DNA from: Cyanobacteriota bacterium
GTDB lineage: Bacteria > Cyanobacteriota > Cyanobacteriia > Cyanobacteriales > Geitlerinemataceae
Assembly: GCA_034189805.1 (NCBI GenBank)
Contig: JAXHUC010000042.1
Span: 8,726-22,010 of the forward strand
Reading direction: 5' to 3'
Length of the DNA: 13,285 nt
Notes under the pieces: model-generated
Told to the model about the DNA's origin: nothing
Seen by the model: the letters and a program-made list of their open reading frames with translations, nothing else
Database searches by the model: none
Part shown: positions 5,265 to 10,657 of the stretch, piece after piece
Layout: every line of letters begins with the position of its first letter
Position numbering within the stretch: the stretch's first letter is position 1
Made by a program: the position numbers and the translations under genes

Positions 5265-8003
5265 ATGCAGCCTTACCGTCACCGCGATCGAACAGCCTGG
5301 ATTAGAGGTAAATTCTCGACCCTTCACGTTTGGATCGCTTCGTTTGCGATCGGTTTGCTATTCGTCTTGGGTTGGGGACTGTGGGTTCCAGCAGTTGGAG
5401 TTTCACCGGAGTGGTTAGGACATCGCCTCGAACAAGCTGTCTCCGTCGTCGAATCTGCTAGCGAATCTGCTGGCGAACCTTCACTGATGCAACAAGGTCT
5501 CGAACGCTATCATGCCGGGGATTGGCAAGGGGCGATCGAACTTTGGGAAAGCGCATTAGCCGAGGCCCCCGACGATGCTGTGGAACTGCTGAAATACTTA
5601 GCCCGCGCCTATCAAAAAGTGGGTCGGATCGATCGAGCCATTACCTATTTCGAGCGGGCGATCGCCAGCTACCGTCAAGCGGGAGAGTTTGCCCAGGTCG
5701 GACGCATTCTTACCGAACAGGCCCAAGCCTATAGTAGTTTGGGTCAGCACCAACGGGCGATCGCGATTTTGTGTGCGGAGTCTGCCGATCTCGATTGCCA
5801 ACCCGATAGCGCCATCGGTTTGGCCCGTGGGAGTGAGGATAAGTTGGGGATGGCTGCGGCTTTGGGTAGTTTGGGAAATACCTACGGGTTGCAAGGCAAG
5901 TATCCTCGGGCGATCGAGTATTTAGAAGCTAGTTTAGCCGTCGCACGGGACGCGGGGGCGCAACATTATATTCTCGCGGCACTCAACAGTTTGGGCAACG
6001 TATACGGCGGTTTGGCGAAGCGGGATTATCGTTACGCTCAATTTGCCCGTCAGGCGGCTGACGACGCAGCATTGCAAACGTTTCAAGACAATGCCCGAAA
6101 TTACGATCGCCTTGCGGTGGAATATTTTGAAGAGGCGATCGATTTAGCGGTGACTCTAGACGATGGGTTTGCTCGGGTGCGATCGCAACTCAACTCGATC
6201 CTCCCCTTGCTGCGATCGCAAACGGCCCAGACATCGGTCCAAGCCAGTCAGATTCTCGATCGGGCGCGCGTCACTCTCGACTCATTACCCGATTCCCGCG
6301 AAAAAGCCTACGCCACGATTAAGCTTGCCAGTTTTCTGCAACGGGTTCGAGCGCCTGACAGTCTTGTGGAAGGGATTCCCCTGTCTCAATGTCTCGATGC
6401 TGCCATTCCCAGCGAGGAAATTACCTTACTTGAAAAAGCCGTTTCCATTGCCCGCCACATTCGCGATCGGCAAGCGGAATCCTTTGCCCTGGGTCGGTTG
6501 GGTCACGTTTACGAATGTCGCCAAGAACCGGAAATTGCCCTGAATTTGACCCACCAAGCCCAACTCTACGCTATAACTCCCGACAGCCTGTACCTTTGGG
6601 AATGGCAAGCCGGCCGCCTGTTGGCCCAAATCGGCAAACCTCTCGAGGCGATCGAAGCTTACGAGCGATCGGTGGCCACCCTTAAAGGAATTCGGGGGGA
6701 TATGGCGCGAGCGGGACGCGAATTTCAACTCGACTTTCGCGATACTGTCGAGCCAGTGTACCGGGAGTTGACCCAACTGAGGCTGGAACGGGCAGATCGG
6801 GCGAGTGCCGAAGCCGAGGTACAAGCCAATCTCGAAGCGGCCGTCAATGCCCTCGACGAGTTGCGATTGGCGGAATTGCAGGATTATTTGGGGGATGAGT
6901 GCGAAATTCTCGATCGCGATCGGGGAACGCTCCCCTTAGATCGGCATACGGCGTTGTTGAGTTCGGTAATTTTTGCCGATCGCATTGCCGTTATCTTGAC
7001 GCGACCGGATGGCGAAGAAGGGTTTCGCTGGCAGCTTCATTGGGTGCGGGTGAATCGCCAAGAGGCGATCGAGATCGTCAACGACTTTCGCTTCAAACTC
7101 GAAAAGCGCTCCGATCTGGCCCATCGCTATCGAGACCGCGCCCAAGAGTTATACGATTGGTTGATTCGTCCCTTTGCCGAAGATTTAGCCGCCGCCGAGA
7201 TTACGACGTTGGTGTTTTTGCACGATGGCATCTTGCGCAGCATCCCGATGGCCGCTCTCTACGACGGCGAACGGTTTGCGATCGAGCAATACGCCATCGG
7301 CAATACACCCACCCTTTCCCTGGATGCTACGGAACCGTTGAGTTCCGAAAACCTGCAAATTTTGGCTTTTGGCTTAACACAACCCTCGGCGATCGAACCG
7401 CAAATCTTTTTTCCCCCTTTGGAAAACGTCCAGTCGGAAATCGAAGGCTTAAAACAGATCGTTCCTGGCAGTACCGGGTTGCTCGACGCAGAGTTTACCC
7501 TCGCCCGCCTCGAACGCGAACTCAACGAACGCGCCTACCCCGTATTGCATCTGGCCACCCACGCGCAGTTCGGCATCGACTCTCGCAAAACCTTTCTGGT
7601 GACGGGGGAGGTGAACCGGGAAAACGGGCAGGCTTATAACAAACCGCTGACCCTCAATCGACTCTACCAACTCATCCAGAGTACGGAAAATCGCGATCGC
7701 CCCTTGGAATTACTGACGCTCACCGCTTGCGAAACCGCCGTAGGAAGCGATCGCGATGCCCTGGGAATTGCTGGGGTTGCCTTGCAAGCCGGGGCGAGAA
7801 GCGCGTTGGCGACCCTGTGGCAAGTAGACGATCGCACCACGGCCGAAACCATCGTCCGCTTCTACCAATACCTGCGAGACGGGAAAAGCAAAGCCGAAGC
7901 CCTCCAAGCGACGCAAAAAGAATGGCTGAGCGATCGTACTTCCCGACGATATCGCCATCCCGGTTATTGGGCCCCGTTTGTTTCGATCGGGAATTGGCAG
8001 TAG
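5265..8003 (+). CDS. Membrane-anchored TPR-repeat / CHAT-domain (caspase-like clan CD) protease, 912 aa
   Basis: A basic N-terminus is followed by a hydrophobic helix, FSTLHVWIASFAIGLLFVLGWGLWVPAVGV (5313-5402). TPR-like repeats follow (WQGAIELWESAL..., YLARAYQKVGRIDRAITYFERAI..., LGSLGNTYGLQGKYPRAIEYLEASL..., LNSLGNVYGGL...). The C-terminal CHAT domain has the His in VLHLATHAQFG (codon 7560-7562) and the Cys in LLTLTACETAVG (codon 7728-7730), then ALATLWQVDD and HPGYWAPF, which are typical CHAT C-terminal motifs. Confidence 0.88.
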   Translation: MQPYRHRDRTAWIRGKFSTLHVWIASFAIGLLFVLGWGLWVPAVGVSPEWLGHRLEQAVSVVESASESAGEPSLMQQGLERYHAGDWQGAIELWESALAEAPDDAVELLKYLARAYQKVGRIDRAITYFERAIASYRQAGEFAQVGRILTEQAQAYSSLGQHQRAIAILCAESADLDCQPDSAIGLARGSEDKLGMAAALGSLGNTYGLQGKYPRAIEYLEASLAVARDAGAQHYILAALNSLGNVYGGLAKRDYRYAQFARQAADDAALQTFQDNARNYDRLAVEYFEEAIDLAVTLDDGFARVRSQLNSILPLLRSQTAQTSVQASQILDRARVTLDSLPDSREKAYATIKLASFLQRVRAPDSLVEGIPLSQCLDAAIPSEEITLLEKAVSIARHIRDRQAESFALGRLGHVYECRQEPEIALNLTHQAQLYAITPDSLYLWEWQAGRLLAQIGKPLEAIEAYERSVATLKGIRGDMARAGREFQLDFRDTVEPVYRELTQLRLERADRASAEAEVQANLEAAVNALDELRLAELQDYLGDECEILDRDRGTLPLDRHTALLSSVIFADRIAVILTRPDGEEGFRWQLHWVRVNRQEAIEIVNDFRFKLEKRSDLAHRYRDRAQELYDWLIRPFAEDLAAAEITTLVFLHDGILRSIPMAALYDGERFAIEQYAIGNTPTLSLDATEPLSSENLQILAFGLTQPSAIEPQIFFPPLENVQSEIEGLKQIVPGSTGLLDAEFTLARLERELNERAYPVLHLATHAQFGIDSRKTFLVTGEVNRENGQAYNKPLTLNRLYQLIQSTENRDRPLELLTLTACETAVGSDRDALGIAGVALQAGARSALATLWQVDDRTTAETIVRFYQYLRDGKSKAEALQATQKEWLSDRTSRRYRHPGYWAPFVSIGNWQ

Positions 8004-8005
8004 CT

Positions 8006-8072
8006 GGGGGACGCGGGGACGCGGGGACGCGGGGACGCGGAGAGGGGGAGGTGAGGGAGGTGAGGGAGGTGG
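8006..8072. repeat. G-rich short tandem repeats: (GGGGACGC)x4 (8007-8038) then (GGGAGGTGA)x3 (8046-8072); G-quadruplex consensus on the + strand
   Basis: Read directly. It starts 3 nt after the CHAT stop codon. G-runs of at least 4 lie at 8006-8010, 8015-8018, 8023-8026 and 8031-8034, separated by ACGC loops. Confidence 0.9.
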
Positions 8073-8125
8073 GGGAGAGTGAATGCAAAATTAAAAATTA
8101 AAAATTAAAAATGCAAAATTCTCCC
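8071..8125. repeat. A-rich intergenic element, copy 2 (one extra AAAAATT unit)
   Basis: GGGGGAGAGTGA-ATGCAAAATT(8083-8092)-AAAAATTAAAAATTAAAA-ATGCAAAATT(8111-8120)-CTCCC. GGGAGA (8073-8078) and TCTCCC (8120-8125) are inverted. It lies between the convergent CHAT and GH108 genes. Confidence 0.8.
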
Positions 8126-8164
8126 TTGTCCCCTTGTCACTTAACGGGTTCGATCCGCGCCAGC

Positions 8165-8710
8165 TTACAACATCCGAGAAAGTCGATCGAGCAAGTCCCG
8201 ATCGCGATTCAACCAACCCCGGAGAAATGCTTTCTGGGTGTCGTTTTCCCGAACGCGCTGATAGCGATAGAATATTCTCGCCCCGCAAACGGCCATGGCG
8301 ATCGCTTTGGGGTCTTCGGTTTCGAGCATTGACGGCTCGAATTTCGTCCCCACATCGAGTGCCAAAATTTCTTCGAGAAATAACAAGGCGTTATCGTGCC
8401 CGAAATTCACCGCCGTATCGAACATGCACAGTGCCAACGGGTACTTCATGTCATCGCAGTAGGCGGGTTTCCAGTACAGGTTGTAGTAAATGTCCATCAA
8501 CTCGTCGTCGGTGAGTTGCGCCACCGATTGCTGCGGAAGTTCTTTGCTAGTTCGGTAGCGATCGTAAACTGACTGAATCACCCCTTTCATCGTCTGACCC
8601 CCCAAATCGTCGGGATGATCGGACCAACCTCCTTCCCAACGCAGGGTAAATTCTAACGCCTTGAAAAAATTAATCGGTGGACTCAGCGGTTCCATATCAC
8701 TCGGTTTCAT
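8165..8710 (-). CDS. Glycoside hydrolase family 108-type N-acetylmuramidase (lysozyme-like; the PG_binding_3-like C-terminus is divergent)
   Basis: FFKALEFTLRWEGGWSDHPDDLGGQTMKGV matches the GH108 signature (hEGGyvndpxDpGGxTxxGI) with the catalytic Glu in EGG (codon 8633-8635). Downstream are LYWKP..CD.M...LALCMFDTAVNFG and RGWLNR motifs. The size is typical (181 aa). No N-terminal signal peptide is visible. Confidence 0.75.
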   Translation of the reverse strand: MKPSDMEPLSPPINFFKALEFTLRWEGGWSDHPDDLGGQTMKGVIQSVYDRYRTSKELPQQSVAQLTDDELMDIYYNLYWKPAYCDDMKYPLALCMFDTAVNFGHDNALLFLEEILALDVGTKFEPSMLETEDPKAIAMAVCGARIFYRYQRVRENDTQKAFLRGWLNRDRDLLDRLSRML

Positions 8711-8827
8711 CGGTACAGTTTGGTTACAGCTTTGATTTTGTACGTTAACTTAATTCTGGCGTAACTCCTGCGGTTCGGTCGTTGCAAGTGTGTCAGTTTT
8801 GGGTTTTGGAAAACGAGTCCCGGAACG

Positions 8828-8876
8828 TTGATACACTAGCGAAACGATCCCTATCTCCGAATTAATCAATCCATAT
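8828..8876 (+). promoter_or_regulatory. Candidate extended -10 promoter (TGaTACACT, 8829-8837) and leader of the methyltransferase gene
   Basis: It shares TTGATACACTA and AATCAAT with the CHAT upstream region at almost identical spacing (35 vs 36 nt between motif starts). Confidence 0.4.
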
Positions 8877-9824
8877 ATGAGCGATCGAACCAAACCCACT
8901 TGGGCCGGTGAAGACTTACTTTCTCGATGCATCAACCTGTTAATTGGCACCAAACCGATTTATCGAGTGATGAAACATCAGGCGCGACAAGTCCTGATTA
9001 AAACCGCTGAAAAAAAGGGAATTCCCTGGCGAAAAACCTGCCGGGAACTGGAGGCTTCTGGAGTTCAACAGACCTATGAGGCGATCGCCAATCCCGAGAT
9101 AACCTATCCCGACTACTATCGCGTTCCCTTCCACGCCTACGACGAGGGGAATTTGTGCTGGAAGGCGGCTTTTGAGGCGGAATCGGCCACGCAGTCGATG
9201 GCATTGCGGGTGTGGCCCCAAGAAAATCTCACCTGGGAAGCGGCACAAGAGAGATTGCGATCGAGCTTTCATCAAGTGCTGGCAAATTACCATCCCCAAC
9301 CCGCGCACGATATCCTCGATCTCGGCTGTTCCGTCGGTCTCTCCACCCTCGCCTTGCACCGCTACTATTCCCGCACCCAACAAACTCCCGTACGGACGGT
9401 GGGATTAGATTTATCGCCGTATATGCTTGCCGTTGCCAAAAAACGGGACGAAAAAGGAGAAATTGCCGAATGGCGGCATGGCAAAGCTGAAGACACCGGT
9501 TTTCCCGATGCCTCCTTCGATATCGTTACCCTGCAATTTGTCATCCACGAGTTGCCCCGCCACGCCACTCGCGGGATTTTCCAGGAAGTGCGGCGGATTC
9601 TGCGTCCTGGGGGTGTCATGGCGATCGTTGATAATAACCCCAAATCCCCGGTTATCCAGAACCTTCCCCCGGCATTGTTTGTCCTGATGAAGAGTACGGA
9701 ACCCTGGAGTGACGATTACTATACTTTTGATGTGGAAGCGGCGATGGCTGATGTGGGTTTTGAGGTTAAAGCCACCGTTGCCAGCGATCCGCGTCACCGG
9801 ACTATTGTTGGAATTAAAAATTAA
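8877..9824 (+). CDS. Class I SAM-dependent methyltransferase (Methyltransf_11/25-like), substrate unknown
   Basis: Motif I ILDLGCSVGLST (9312-9347), post-I VGLDLSPYML, motif II FDIVTLQFVIHEL, motif III LRPGGVMAIVD. An N-terminal ~100-aa extension (LIGTKPIYRVMKHQARQVLIKTAEKKGIPW) is seen in a cyanobacterial/plastid methyltransferase clade that I cannot name with confidence. Confidence 0.85.
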   Translation: MSDRTKPTWAGEDLLSRCINLLIGTKPIYRVMKHQARQVLIKTAEKKGIPWRKTCRELEASGVQQTYEAIANPEITYPDYYRVPFHAYDEGNLCWKAAFEAESATQSMALRVWPQENLTWEAAQERLRSSFHQVLANYHPQPAHDILDLGCSVGLSTLALHRYYSRTQQTPVRTVGLDLSPYMLAVAKKRDEKGEIAEWRHGKAEDTGFPDASFDIVTLQFVIHELPRHATRGIFQEVRRILRPGGVMAIVDNNPKSPVIQNLPPALFVLMKSTEPWSDDYYTFDVEAAMADVGFEVKATVASDPRHRTIVGIKN

Positions 9825-9843
9825 AAATTAAAAATGCAAAATT
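9812..9843. repeat. A-rich intergenic element, copy 3 (right half only), overlapping the methyltransferase stop codon
   Basis: AATT(AAAAATT)x2 AAAA-ATGCAAAATT (9834-9843). The last codons ATT AAA AAT TAA (9813-9824) lie inside the repeat. Confidence 0.7.
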
Positions 9844-9875
9844 AGTCAGGATTCGGGTTCCGTTTTAGATCCTGC

Positions 9876-9895
9876 TGGGGTAACAATCGGTAGGA
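9876..9895. repeat. Second copy of the 20-nt sequence that immediately precedes the CHAT start codon
   Basis: TGGGGTAACAATCGGTAGGA (9876-9895) vs TGGGGTAACAATCAATAGGA (5245-5264): 18 of 20 identical. Confidence 0.7.
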
Positions 9896-9930
9896 GCGGG
9901 TATGAGATTTAAATTTTGGGCAAGTCTCCT

Positions 9931-10170
9931 AAGATTTTGCTAAACCCGCCCTTACATCATTTTTCTTCGTATATGATACCTAAATATTTACCAATATTAT
10001 ACTTGATTTATGTTGATATTTTGATGGGTAAATTAAGAAAATTTTAGAAAAACCTTTCATTTCAAAATAGTGATTCACTACTTACCTTATAGAAATAAAA
10101 AAAGTGATTATAGCGTTTCTCAAATGGGTGAAGTATGACCAATGTAGGGGCGGGTTTAGCTAAAAATCTT
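9931..10170. mobile_element. MITE-like 240-bp insert: 26/28-nt terminal inverted repeats around an AT-rich core. Alternative reading: two adjacent copies of a dispersed GGGCGGGTTT hairpin repeat
   Basis: The left end is AAGATTTTGCTAAACCCGCCCTTACA (9931-9956). The reverse complement of the right end (10143-10170) is AAGATTTTTAGCTAAACCCGCCCCTACA. They differ by one 2-nt indel and one mismatch. The core (9957-10142) is conspicuously A+T-rich compared with the rest of the window and has no ORF of 60 aa or more. I see no obvious target-site duplication. Confidence 0.4.
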
Positions 10171-10204
10171 ACTATCACTGAGATTTGGAAATCAAAACCC
10201 GCCC
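10148..10204. repeat. Palindromic hairpin repeat: GGGCGGGTTT (10148-10157) / AAACCCGCCC (10195-10204), with inner pair AAATCT (10164-10169) / AGATTT (10181-10186)
   Basis: The pairing was read directly. A degenerate relative lies at 9893-9953 (GAGCGGGT...ACCCGCCC). GGGCGGGTTT...AAACCCGCCC hairpins resemble small dispersed repeats that I recall from filamentous cyanobacterial genomes. Confidence 0.6.
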
Positions 10205-10268
10205 TCGATTATGTACCTCGTTCAAGAGAGAATCGCTATATTTGAATAATTTGATTATTTTAGGGGGA

Positions 10269-10321
10269 GGTGGGCAGTTTTTTTAGAATATGAATAGGTT
10301 TGAGTAACTGAACTGCCCACC
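10269..10321 (-). terminator. Perfect 11-bp stem (GGTGGGCAGTT / AACTGCCCACC) with a 31-nt loop, just downstream of the 58-aa ORF; possible terminator or processing hairpin
   Basis: The arms lie at 10269-10279 and 10311-10321. The hairpin begins 7 nt after the TAA (10328-10330) of the - strand mini-ORF. There is no U-run after the stem on the - strand, so it is not a canonical intrinsic terminator. Confidence 0.3.
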
Positions 10322-10327
10322 CTACAA

Positions 10328-10504
10328 TTAGGACGATCGCATTTCCTCCTCCTCGGATTTCAAAAAGCTCCAGGCGAAGATAAAAGCGGAAATCAGCCAT
10401 GCAATGGGACTGGAAATAATGCCAATTTCAATCAGGGTAGCTAGGGTAAATTGGCTGGCGAGAATAATTTGCTTGCGGGTGCGTTTTTTGTCGATGAGTT
10501 GCAT
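10328..10504 (-). CDS. Small (58 aa) predicted membrane protein, below the ORF-track size cutoff
   Basis: Hand translation: MQLIDKKRTRKQIILASQFTLATLIEIGIISSPIAWLISAFIFAWSFLKSEEEEMRSS. It has a basic N-terminus, a ~35-residue hydrophobic core and an acidic tail. An in-frame TAA 33 nt upstream of the ATG means it cannot extend. No obvious SD. It is divergent from the STAND gene. Confidence 0.4.
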   Translation of the reverse strand: MQLIDKKRTRKQIILASQFTLATLIEIGIISSPIAWLISAFIFAWSFLKSEEEEMRSS

Positions 10505-10580
10505 TTGACTGTTGCGTTTTGGTTGGACATTTTTACGTTAGAAAATGGCAACCGCTCGCCTAGATCGAGTATGAGTTAGC

Positions 10581-10616
10581 TACAATCCAGTTAATGTCCA
10601 AGTTGCGTCCAACTTG
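10581..10616 (+). promoter_or_regulatory. Candidate -10 box TACAAT (10581-10586) followed by the perfect inverted repeat CAAGTTG-cgtc-CAACTTG (10599-10616); possible operator or leader hairpin of the HTH-STAND gene
   Basis: Read directly. It lies 42-59 nt upstream of the ATG at 10658, in the 153-bp divergent control region. No convincing -35. Confidence 0.3.
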
Positions 10617-10657
10617 CGATCGGGTGCATCATATAAAAAGTTCTCTGAAACAGCGGT

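Noticed and set aside
7720-8514. ORFs spanning the CHAT 3' end, the intergenic repeats and antisense GH108 (7727-8101 +, 7720-8088 -, 8091-8288 -, 8111-8332 +, 8134-8514 +)
   Set aside because: They overlap better-supported genes or read through the G-rich and A-rich repeats. The recurring ENFAFLIFNF peptide is just the repeat translated.
8750-8953. 67-aa - strand ORF overlapping the methyltransferase start
   Set aside because: It overlaps the promoter and 5' end of a well-supported CDS, and has no motifs.
9973-10047. 24-aa hydrophobic mini-ORF MIPKYLPILYLIYVDILMGKLRKF in the AT-rich core of the MITE-like element (type I toxin-like shape)
   Set aside because: No SD, and its AT-rich codon usage is unlike the rest of the window. 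Such short ORFs arise by chance in AT-rich DNA. It is worth checking only if RNA-seq shows a transcript with an antisense partner.
10135-10245. 36-aa ORF MTNVGAGLAKNLTITEIWKSKPALDYVPRSRENRYI
   Set aside because: It reads straight through both arms of the GGGCGGGTTT/AAACCCGCCC hairpin (VGAG...KPA), a typical artefact of translating this repeat family.
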